64,000 nt of DNA, taken from NCBI GenBank assembly GCA_002633005.1, contig NMRA01000638.1:8914-72913 (forward strand). The letters are read 5' to 3'. A program made the position numbers and the translations under genes. Origin of the DNA: Phoronis australis (lineage: Eukaryota > Animalia > Phoronida). A model generated the notes under the pieces. That model ran no database searches, had not been told where the DNA came from, and was given only the letters and a program-made list of their open reading frames with translations. Shown piece by piece: positions 39,601 through 52,300 of this stretch (positions within the stretch are counted from its first letter, which is position 1; every line of letters begins with the position of its first letter).

Positions 39601-42600
39601 GCACCCCAATCCAGCCTCATTCATTCCTGGCCACAAACCACCTAGCACCAGCCCATCCTAGGCACAAACCATCATTTCCTACCTTCGTCTTAGCTTGTTC
39701 CAACCTGGCCTGTCGGGACACGCTTAACTTGCACACCTTGTCCCAGTTGGTAGTCAACTCAATCAGCTGACCCTCCATCTCAGCCACCCCCTCGTCTGCT
39801 GTCTCCATCAGACCCTTGGCCTGCTTACGTACAGACTGGATAGCACTGGCCCGTTTACCCAACTCCTGTTGGAATTGCTGTTTGGAGAGAAGTAGGTCTT
39901 GGTTAGATAACAAGAACTGGTGCTTTGATTTCATTACATCATTACTATGGCTAAAACAGAAATAAAAATAGAAATAAAAAAGAGTTTATCAACAGCTCTT
40001 AAGTTGTTCCAATCACAGCTACTGACTTTGTGTATGATGCAATTTTCAAATCTTTTCAACTGCGACATTGACAACACCATACTAAATTGAAGAATTTTGT
40101 CCATAATCACAGAATGACAATTGCGTTGGCCTACTTACATAGTGTTCCTCCACTAGGCTGGACACAGTGTCCAAGTCTCCGTCCACTAACTGGTCATCGG
40201 CAAGTGCTGGCTCCATTTTCAACAACCAGTCAAGCAAGGCCTGTAAAGCCTCATTGAACTGACCGCTGAACAGAAGGGACTCCTCCAGCTTACGTTGCCT
40301 GCAATACCATCAATGATTGCAAGGGAGTTTGCATGACAGAAAATCTTTGTACAAGTTGAAAAAGTTCATATTGCAAAAATGTCAATTCTAACTATTACAG
40401 GAGCGAGACCTGATGCATTTAAGAAAAACCTTCCTAATCATTGAAAATCATTTATTATGGAAAACCTTGCACCAGTCTTCTTGTGAAGAACCCTACTCAC
40501 CTGTCAACAGACTTCCCACATACTGAGTTCCATTTACTTTTTACTGTTGCCAACATCCCTTGTATCAACTCTTGATCAGTGGGTGGGGCCTTCTCCTTCA
40601 AGCCCCGCCCATATCGTGTCGTTGCATCATATACTGGCTGCTTTGCACCCAGTGATCTCTGAAACTCTTTGTGCTTGCTGATATTCTCCTTAATCTTTGC
40701 TGGGTCTTTTCCAATGGCATGCTCAGAAGTCAAGAATGCCTCGCTCTCATCAAGCCAAGCACACATCTCCCCCCACATGTCGGCAAACTGCTTTGCTCCC
40801 TTAGAAGCGTGGTCCAGCTGACGTGTCCGCTCTGCTGAGCGCGAGACGATCTTCTCCCACCGGTGCTGGACGCTGTTAAGGAGGTTTTTGATAAGGATGA
40901 CGTCCTGCTTCTGGCTGAAGTACTTGAGGTGTGTACCTGTCTTGTCAAGATCAAGCATCAGTTCACGATGGCTGGAGATCTCCTTCTGTAGGTTCTGCAA
41001 TTGTAAATGTCACAGTCAAGCAATACACGGACTCATTCAGGGTAATAGTTGGACATAACCTGCCCGCATGTATAAGTCATGTCAACGACAATCCATAATT
41101 TTAGAATTTATGAAAACAGAACTTGGCTCACATTATGTCACAGAATTCTCAAAATTTCACAGAATTTCAGCCAAGCAAGTTATGTCACAGCTTTACAAAA
41201 AGATAAAGATTATTTGGATTTCATTAAGAGTGAAATACATATAATTGCTAAAATAAATGATAGAAAAGCCATTTTTAATATTCCAGATAATGAGCCTTAA
41301 TAGATGATTCATTATTTTTTGAAACAATGCTACTTAAAATTCGTATCGGCGACTATTTTTGCAAGGAAAACAGTAATGTGTAAACATAAGATTAGTTTGC
41401 AGAAACAAATTGACGTTTTGTATGAGTTGACTCCCAATAGCGATTCGTGTGTTCTTCATGAGATTTTAGAAGAATTAGAATTGGAAACTATTCGAGGTGA
41501 ATTTATGAAAGGCCATTTAGTCAGAGCCTGTGCAAGATGGATTGAACATGGTGGGAAACCAACAAAATATTTCGCAAACCTGGAAACACGTAATTTTTTT
41601 AATAAAAATATTTCAAAACTAATTGATTCAAATAAACAGACTATTATGAAGACCAGCCAAAATTTTTGGCTGAAATTACATAATCTTTATAAAAACCTTA
41701 TATTTTCGGGTAACGATAATTTATTAAGCGACTGATTTGCCAACTTTAATAAACCTCCTAAATATTTCTACATCGAGTGAAGAAGCAAGCTTAAAACTTG
41801 AGGGCAAAATTCTACTGGATGACGCATTATCTGTTGTGAAGAATATGAAAAATGATAAAACGCCAGGCCCAGATGGCTTCACTGCCAAGTTTTTCAATTT
41901 TTTTCAGCATGATACTTGTTTTTTAATACCGTATTCACCCTAATAAAAAATTGCTTCAGCAAGGGGGTGCTTATTATAGCCCAAAAGTGGTCGAAACCCG
42001 GTCTCCAAAACTGGTGAGCTAGGATTCATCAGATTTTCGCTCTGTGACTCGTCTGTAACCTATGACAGAGTTTCTACAAAATTGAAGTGCACTGCGATCA
42101 AACTTTGTTGTTAAATTACGAGCATTTTTCAGAAAATCCCAGAGCGAAAACTCGTCGACAATTACATCACCCTGGATGCCGCAGACATACAGGGGCGATA
42201 GTACAATCCCCACAAAAAGTTACGAATTTCAAAACACAGGAAATAAAATCAAATGGAACATGCATATATGCAAATGAAGTTATAATTAACACACACCATA
42301 AGTCTGGAGGCGATTCAGTCAATGTAATTTGAACAAATTGATGAAAATCTGTCGTGGTTTGCTCGAGATTCTCTTACCGGGTGCTATTCTGAGGAAGTTA
42401 TGTGAAATCACGCAAGTTGACGAATAAAAAGTCCGAGGACACAAATCTTACAAATTTCACCTAATACCTTCCCATGCTATTTTGCAAGTGTCATGCACCA
42501 TCGTCACACGCTTCGCTCAGTCTCGCGATAGCCTTTGCCTAACTCAAGTGATTCAATTGAAATACTTTGTGGTTATCGCGTGTGTGGTGAAAAAGGAAAC

Positions 42601-45600
42601 GGTGACCAAAAAAAGTGGAGTTGGAATTCTTCGCAAAAGTCACCTTAATTCTCGTAACTGACCTTCATCGAAGATATGTGTAGAAGTAGGAAGGACCACT
42701 GAAGAAAGTAAGCGCCTTTTAAGTGATAGTTTTAAGTGTGGAATGTATTTTGACAAGGTGAAAACTGGTGGCCTAATTTGGCCTACCGCCCGTTTAAAAT
42801 ACACGGGACGAAATTCGTACAGAAAGCGATGGGAAGTATTGTAGCCCCTAACCGGCCAACTGAGGGGCTACGTGTTGCCTAGATGCCCAGCGATCGCTGA
42901 CAGGTCAACTTGAATTCTTGAGTAAAAATATACCGTAATCATTCGGGTTAACGCCCATGCTCAGTTAACCCCCCATCCCCGACTTTAAGTGGATTTTCGA
43001 TTTAACCGCCCACTGCTCGGTTAAGCGCCCCCCTGCGATTTTTGAAGATTTCCAGTTAAGCGCCCACCTCTCGGTTAAGCGCCCATCCCTGACTTTTAAA
43101 GAATGAAGATTTAGCGCCTAGTGCTAAGGAAACGCGCGATTCCCCCGACTTTTAGAAAAAGATCGACGATCACAATGAGTGCAACGACACCGGGACTCCG
43201 AGACGGTGGTTTAGCAATCTGAATTACAATACAAGGTAACAAGTTATTGTCTTGGGTCATGAACTCACTTCAAAATAAAATACTTGAACCTTTTTGTCAC
43301 TTTATTTTCTTCCCTTGTTTGCAAAGTTTAAGAACGCCGCCGGCGTCAAAACCTCCGCTTTCAGCGACTTTGTCTGCCGCGCTGAGTTTCCGTCTGCAGT
43401 GCACTAGATAAAACATATATTCGAAAAAATCCGGCCAGAGAAATGTGACAATGGTTTTGCCAACCCTCCAAATTCTATTAAGGTGGGAAGCTCTCGTATT
43501 TTGAACAAATCTCACAACTCACGGAAAGGTGTCAAATTCTCAATATTTTGATGAATATAACTGCCGAGTTATAGAGGATGTGGGGCGACCGAAGGGACAG
43601 TACAAGTGCCTTACTGGGTTACCAATTTCGTTGCTGCCTGTCGATTTCTGAATTCAAACGTTGGCAATAATGTATGTTTGTGTATGATCTTGAAGTAATA
43701 AAAAACGGCTAGTCAAATTTTGTTTTTCGCTTATTGCAACTGGTTAGCAGATTTAACTAATGTCGCTGGCTGTTCTTTACTATTCTTGCGTCAGCCTGCA
43801 CGTAAGCGTGACTGTGAATTATCGTTTCAACATCCCCTTTTTAGCCATTCAGAATAATTGTGTTGATACATTGGCCATTTTCAGCCTGAACAAAAATTCT
43901 TATCATTCGAGTCTGAAATATCTACGACCTAGACTGCTTGACGATAGTGGGTAGGAGATTCACACAGCTAGTTACAGGGATGGGCTTAGGGAGCATCGAG
44001 CCGGGAAATATGGCAATAGACTTGACATCGCAGTTTTGGGGAACATTGGCAACGGAGGAATATCGTAAAGAACTGGGTCTTTCGTAACAACAGCTTAAAA
44101 GGACATAGTCACGCCCGTTTTTGTTACTTCGGACTGTCGCTATGTGTGACTAATTTGTAGTGGTGCACGTGCGCAAGTTCCCACACTTTGGAGTGCATGT
44201 TACCTTGACACCAACAAGTGATTGACAGGTGACTCACACATAGGCCCTACGTGCGTGCTGAATACCGCCACTATCTTTGGCCATAAAAAATGAGATGCAT
44301 ATTGAAAGAGGTCGTTATATTACTTGACGGCATTTCCAAGTCACGATTGTCAGCCGACTCAGACATTGCGCGATAACAGCGGGATGAACAGTGCCGCAGT
44401 GCGATATTACAAGTGATATAAATAGGATAATCTGGACAACTTGCATGAAAAATAAATGTTTTTCCACCTTGAAATTTGGTAAGGTGATCGTTTAGAATAA
44501 TGAATTGAAACATTGCTGTTTTCTGACATTTTGTAACATATTTAATATGCAGTTGCTTGAAATTTTATTTTTGATCGACGACTGACCACCCCCGATCCTT
44601 GTCTTACTTCTTTGCATAGCATGTTTGGCGCAAAGGCAAAAGAGCAATGCCGGGCTGTCGAGATAAGACAGCTAGCCGCAGAACCATACGCTGAAAATGT
44701 CATTGAGTCACGGAGTGTCGACTATAACATCCCAAACACAAAAAAACAACAGAGTTAAGTTTTTCAAACTTTTATTACAACCAAATTTAAAACTGCTCTC
44801 CAAGTCGGAACTTGACAGCTACATATAGTACGAGACTGTAACCATAAATTTGATGTCTGACCTCTGCAACACGTGAAGCTTGCACGCGCGCACCTAAGCA
44901 GGGTCACATCTTGAAACAGTTTTAATTCTATTGGAGGCAGCAAGGTCACTGGTTGTCTGCACACCGCAGGACGTCACGGGGCTATTACTCAGCAATTTTG
45001 TAAATTTAATAGTGAATGACTAATCTGAGGGCAAGAGAACCTTTGTTGGGATCATCCGCTCTTATGATGTTTTCACAGTCATTTAGCGACGTGACGATAA
45101 AGCTCTTTGAAAAGGGCTACGCGTTCTGAGTATGATTGTTGTGTCAGGATTTAGATCGCCAGGTAAGATTAACCGCCCAGGGCGGTTGTATGTCAAAATA
45201 AGCGCCCATGTTCGGTTAACCGCCCATCCCCTACTTTAGGTGGATTTTCGATTTAACCACCCACTGCTCGGTTAACCGCCCTCCCTCGATTTTTTCGCCA
45301 ATTTAAGCGGCCAGGGCGTTAACCCGAACGATTACGGTAGTTTCGATTCAACAGATTACTTGAAGTCCTCTTTAAGTTTTCAAAATAGCGTCCCTAAGAT
45401 TTTTATGTTCCTGTGGAGTCCGGATTAGCAGCATATTAAGTCCAAATCTGCGCTAGATCGTACTCTTATTTTCCTGAAATTGGCTGTAACATGATTGATC
45501 TTTAGTGATTCCTTAAATCTCTTCAGCTTTAATGGTTCAGAAAGTTTATAATGTCAAATGATGAATTCTGGAACAACATTTTGAATCAAAAGAAGGGGAT

Positions 45601-46245
45601 TAGGGCATGTACTTACTTATACATTTGGTTAAATACTAGTTTAAAACACCAATAAACTAGAAAAGAAGTGGGAGCAAGCTCTAAATACCACAACTAAAGA
45701 GTGGTGGAGAAAACTGTCATTTATGAAACCAATTTAATGTGGTTCCAGTTCATAACTCCTCATAAGTCCCAATTAGACATCAACTACCTCACAAATGGGT
45801 AGCACAAGTTGTCACTGCAGTGTCAATTTGCTCAGTGTCAGTCCCATTTACACACATACTTGTGCTGGAACATCTCGTTCCATGTCAGTTGACCTGTGTC
45901 AACTTTTATAGTGTAGACACTATAGAATTATAAGTACAGTTACTTATCTTCACAAGATTGGAATTTTACCAAACCATGATTGCTCTTTCTGTAAAAATCA
46001 GTCACAGGATCTCCATTTGTACTGGTCTTGTGATATTGTACAAAGTTTATGGATGTCGTATAGGGAATGAATTTGTCAGAGAACAAGTCAAACTTTTGAA
46101 GTAACGCCCATAGATATTTTTTGGGAATTTTGATGAACCAAAAATTTGTAATTTAATAATTTGTCTTGGGGAAAATACACATATACAAAAAAGACTGAAA
46201 AAATGAAATTATTAATTATTATGATGTAGGAAAATATGCGCACCG

Positions 46246-46303
<58 letters not shown>

Positions 46304-49300
46304 GAAAGTCCGTTTATTAAGTCATATTACTTGTTATGTTACTTTATGTCTTACCTCAAATAAAAAAATTGGCAAAGACGTTTTGTTACAGAATATCACC
46401 ATGTTACAGGGAATCCATTCTCTAACTCAACCTAGTGAGTTTTACATCCACCAAACCACATTAAATTTATATCCACTTTACATACAATAAGTACCCTGAA
46501 GTATTTTTTAAATTTTTATTATCTTAAGCCTGATGTCCAAAATACACAGGACAACACAGATTTAAGCGTGAATTCCCTCCTTTTACCTCCTTTTTAAGGA
46601 ATAACAAGTTTTACAAAGAAGTTAATATTCTTACCTTGTGGTCCTCAATTTGTACTGCCACTGACTCCATGGTGCTGCCAACGGGCTTGAGATTGTTAAG
46701 ATCCTTCTCCATGGTGGTAAGCCAACCAATGAATGAATTGAGCTCCAAGTGAAACTTCTGAGCTTGGCTCACTGCCTCTTCAAGCTTGGACTGCAATGAA
46801 TCATATCTGGGTGTATTTCCAATTATAAGCACATTCAACAACATATCTTAGGCCTCATCATCAAATGAGCTTAAAAAAGGAAACCTTTCATCAACACATT
46901 TACCTATATGGTGATTTAAGCGATCAGGATACCATTTTGCCAGTGCTTCAATATGTGTAATTCCAACAAATATTTACGTCCAATGAACGCGACGTATTAA
47001 TGAAACTGTCTGAAAAATCCTTTTTGATGTCTTTGTTGTAACATAAAAGGCAGTGAATCATAACCCTATCTAACATTTCATTGCTTAGACACAATAAACA
47101 AAAATTACTGAGCAATTACCTTTCTATCACTAGCCCTAGTCATGATGTTTTCCCACCGTGTCTGTAACAGCCTCATGTCCTGTTTCAAGCCCTCTACTTC
47201 CGTGCTCTCTTCAACAATAGTGCCTCCTTGCTCCAACAGGTCCTTCACCTTGCCTTCTATGGACTCTACTTCTGCAAAACAGAACAATTACAGTCTGTAT
47301 CAGTACAACTTACCTTACATTTCTCAAATACTATTCAGTTTCATTTATTCATTTTACATTCACAAACGCTTGGAATGAAAAACAAAACTCAAATGCATAA
47401 TATTATTTTAAGAGGGACTAGAACAAAATCACAGGGACCTCTAAACAATTATAGGGGTTACAAAACGTATCTCACCAGCGTACACTTCCTTGAATCTCTC
47501 CAACTGCTCCTTGGCAGTCTCAGGGAGACCTCCAATTGGCTTAGATGTAGTCAGGTGACCATCAATGTCACTCAGACGCACAAGCATGTCTTGAAGCTCC
47601 ATCTGGAAACTCTGAGCCTATAACACAGACCAAAGAAAAGATAATACAAAACTTCATGGTAATTTAAATTCCAAAATTTTAATAAACAATACAAACCACA
47701 ACCCTACCGCAACCCAAGTTTTACAATTAGACAACAGACACTTATTTTCACAGGTTGTCACACTAATGCCAGCCATAACCTCCTACTTCTATATCATAAT
47801 GCACAACCTAAATGAAACATCTTAATTGAGTTAACTTATATCAATCAATATGCCAAACATAAACAAGACCATACCCGCCACTACTTCATGCTGTCGATAA
47901 TATGAAATCACACACACCTTTCTCAAAGCCTCTTCCAAGTGTAGCTGTCTATCCCTGGTTTTAGACAGGACGCCATCCCACCTCGTGTTCAAGTCATCCA
48001 TCTTATCGCGGGTCGATGATGCACTGGCACCACCTTCACTAGAGATCACCTGCTTACCAGCCTCATTGACTGAATCGATGCTAGCTTGGTGGGCCTGGAT
48101 ATCATTCTGCAGTATCTGATATAGAAATAAAGTAGGAGAAAGTTGAAAATGAAAACTAAGACCCGATTCATGATCCAAGTTGTCAACGTTTTGGTTTAAT
48201 GACATACAACCGTCATTAGGAAGCAATGTCACTAACCAGCAATACAACCAAAACATGAAATGAACAAACCAAAACATGAAATGAACAAACCAAAACATGA
48301 AATGAACAAACCAAAACATGAAATGAACAAACCAAAACATGAAATGAACAAACCAAAACATGAAATGAACAAACCAAAACATGAAATGAACAAACCAAAA
48401 CATGAAATGAACACCACAATGCATGAGTGGTACTGGTAAGTAACAACACAGTGATCAGAACAACTCTAAACCCTATGACCCTGGAAAAAAAACATTATTT
48501 AATTTATCATTGTACTTCCGATGTCAGACTCAGATGGTTTCAATTCTGTATCAACCACAGACTTATTGGTACAAACTCTTATTTAAAGAAAATAGGTGTT
48601 AGTGAATCGTCTTTATGTTCTTTCTGTGAGCAATATGAAGAAACAATTCTACATTTGTATTGGAAATGTTCACTTGTTCAGAAGTTTTGGGGATGTTTAA
48701 AAACATGGATGATAAATCAGTGCAATTTCCCTCTGCAGTTAAATATTTCTTCCGCCTTGTTTGGAAACCCAGCCTGTAGATTAGAAGTTGTAAATTTAAT
48801 TCTTTGCTTAGCGAAATTTTATTTATATAGACAAAGACTACAAAAGGATAAGTCCAATTTTCAGTCATTTTTAGGTGAGGTATGTGATTACTACAACCTG
48901 GAAAAAATTATTTACAATGATAAATTGGATTTTGAGGGATTCCAGGCAAGTTGGTCTTCTTTTTTGCCTAACTAGCTTTTATAGGGTCCGATAATGTTCG
49001 TAATTTGTTTGATGTACACAAAACTAGATTGCATATTGCTGCACAACTATGTACTGGTTGGTTGAGTTAATAAATGTTTCATCATGGAAAAAAATTTCAT
49101 TGTAGTAAGTCACAAAAGGCCGCAAGCAGTTGAATAGTTTAAATTTTTTCGGCAGTACCATTTTTGTATTAAATATTACGGTACCATCCTTACCCTGTGC
49201 TTAGCCAGCTCAATCTCAATGATCTTGGGGTCTCCAGTCACCTTCTGCTGTTGAGCAATGGTGGCCTCAGTTCTCTCCAACCAGTTGAGTAATTCACCGA

Positions 49301-52300
49301 CAGCATGGTGGAACTGACCAAGACTGATAAGGGCAGTTTGCAGCTTGGTCTGAAAGGAAAGATGCCAACATAGTAATAATCAGCTTAGGAATACCAGGTT
49401 TATTGTTAACACTCCAAAGGAATTCTGTAATTGTCGGGCGACAAAATGTGATGACAAAGGGCATTTGAAAATAGTTTTTTTATAAACAAGCCATGCAGTG
49501 GATTACCAGCCACTTAAAAAACAGTTTCTGTGTTTGAAGCCTTGACAGTCACCGTGTAAAACACGACTGATAAGAAGCAAAATTTGACTTGTTATAAGTA
49601 GCAAATTTCTAAATTTCACGAAACTAGAATGTTTTTGCATGACAAAGTTATGAAAGACTGTTCTAAAGGAGGCTGGCTACTGTCAGCTGTGTTATAGAAG
49701 CAGTCCATAGTTTACTAAGACAATACAGACCAATGATTCTGCTCGGTATCAGACAAATAATTACACGGTCTAGCAAACACATTACTATGCAAAATTTTCA
49801 ATTTGGCATTTAAAGGAGAATGCCACCCAAAAACAACCTATTTTGAATCAATTTAGATCGAGTAATTCCACTCGATAACAGCAAGTTCAGTTGTTTTACC
49901 TGACACCTAACGGCAGACGGAGGTGTTGAAATTAACCATTGATGAAATCTGTTCGAACGCAGTCTGTTCAGCCGTTCACAACACGCTTACTGATGTAAAC
50001 CTTGTTACAAATACATCCGAGTTCTTGAACAAACGTGTTGTTTTATTTCACTGTTACGGATTTATAAGTGTTTGAACGTGCCGTACCCTACAGAGTTCGG
50101 TAAGCCAATTTACCACAGTCGATCGTGGGAGTTTGGGTCTGTTTGGTGATAAATTCAAATCATTCTTCCATGAAATACAGACGGGGGAACATAGGTGTGT
50201 GTTGTAGTTTTAGACTTGCTATTCTTTCAGTTCTAAACATATAAAACGCTCGTTACTCCCCGCCAGTGGCTCGCAACCCGATCAGGTCTGTCGCGGCCGC
50301 CGGGACTGGACATCACGGACATAAACCAGCTTAAGTTGGAAACTAAACCTCCAGTCACCAAAAGACTATAATAGTGAGCCAAAGAAATAATGTGCACAAA
50401 ATTATTTAGGTGAATTAGCCACGAAACTGAAAATCTATTTACTTGTTGGAGTCTGCGTAGTTAGGTTCTCCTTCCAAGGAACCGTCAGGGCAAAGTTTGT
50501 AAATAACAATGATTTGAATAATGCATTTGAATATCTAAATAAAGATTCCCCAAACATGTGACCCAAGCATATAAAATCGTGTTATGGTTTCACAACAGCT
50601 TTCCGTCAGCAAACACTGGATTAGCATGCGCTCACATGGCCTCGGTACCTGGTCAATTACCTTTATTGCATCTAAAACCGGTAACGCAGTGGTTCATTCA
50701 TTGCTAGCTTCTCAAAACATTTGCACTCATGCACTCCAAGGCATTACAAATTGTATCTAATGAGACAGGACATTAATTCAGTTTTATATAAGCATTGGTT
50801 AGGGTGAGAATAATTCATTTTGAAACAGAATGCCGAATAATAAAGGTCTACATGGCAACTCGCCCGGCGCCAGTCCTGACTTAGTCGAGAGCTCATCCGA
50901 TGAAGACTTCACGGGTCGGATCGTTAGGTTTCACAGGCTATCAGTTTAAACCGGAATACACTGATCAAGAAATACTAGAGAAGCGCCAGCAACGGAACGT
51001 AAGGATAGTTCTTTGGTAAGCCGGAATTCGTCAGAGAAATCACCTGTCGACGAAATGCCTGCCACAGACACAGAGATGTTTCACGGCCTCATACTTGCTA
51101 TTAACAGCGTACTTTTCATTCTTCACTGCCGCGATCCACTTCCTAAGCATTTCAGGCTCTCGAGGAAGTCGAAAAAATGGTATACCCGCTTTCTTCGCAG
51201 CTTCATAGTTCGGACAAACGGAAACCACGCACCGCAACATAGCAACATTCACTCTTCAGATGAACCACCGACATCGCTGCGTCGTTTCTCACCTTCCTCA
51301 CAGGTTAACGCGACACCTCTCGGCAAGGTGAGGTCAACCGTATAAGAGGGGATGTGAGTATAAACCGATTAAGACGGTAAAAAAAGACTAATTAAATCGG
51401 GTGGTATTCTCCTTTAAGTCAACCCTGGTCAAATTATTAAAGACAGTGAACGGATAAGTTGGACATGTGTTTACCAGGCACATTGCCATCATAGATATTG
51501 ACCTCCTTTACGATAATGATAAAAACAAAAAAATAACGTAAATTTCAACAACTTGGAAGTACACAGTCCATACCATCCTCTCAGCGATGCCATCAATCAG
51601 TCCCTTCCATCGTTTGTTAACATCCACCATGGGGTCACGTATGACGGTTGCCTGGTCAGCTGATGTCTCTCGGATCATATCATTAGCTTGCTGGTTAAGT
51701 GACTCAACATCCATGTACTTGTTGTTGACGTCCAAAGTGAAATCCTGCATAAAGAATTGAACTCTCATGACAAAATCTAGCACATTAAAGCAACTAGCCA
51801 AAAAGACTAAAAATACATTTAAGCGCTCAACAGAGTTCCAGTTCTTCAAAAACAATAAAATACCTTTGACTAGGAGAGCAAGAAGTAAAGCTATAAGTTG
51901 TGAACTTGGCAAGATCATGCAAATCTTGGGAGGATATTGCCATACATTACAAAAGAAACACGTGACCTCACTTTGTCAAAATCTAATTATAAGTGAAAAT
52001 GCCTCTGCAGGCCTTTAGCACTAATCTGGAAGCCTTGGCAAGGCTGCCCCATGTATCATCTGGATGCCCACTGTCAATAGGAACCTTTCAAGTTTGGACT
52101 CGCATATTGTTATGAATACTAGGAAGCCTCTGAAGGCTCACAGTGGGGGCTGTTTTTTCAAAGCAGGAAGAAATATACAATGCTATGCTCACACTTGGTT
52201 GATAGCATTGTAAAAATCTTGGTCTCCAGTTTTTTTTAGTAAAAATGCTCACTACAGATGGCTGTTTTGTAAACTTAAATGTAAAAACCTTGGTCTATGC

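Noticed and set aside
48216-48449. ORFs with (WFVHFMF)n or (VCSFHVL)n repeats suggesting a membrane or repeat protein
   Set aside because: They are stop-free readings of an intronic 21-bp minisatellite; the real exon starts at the 48115 acceptor.
41040-49094. One continuous L1 element from 41040 to 49094
   Set aside because: Four host exons lie between the pieces, and the WFQF region appears in both (about 45740 and 48535), so these are separate insertions.
51040-51252. Nested domesticated THAP gene
   Set aside because: It lies within intact Kolobok TIRs and TSD, frameshifts after HFVD, and lacks the AVP motif in this copy.
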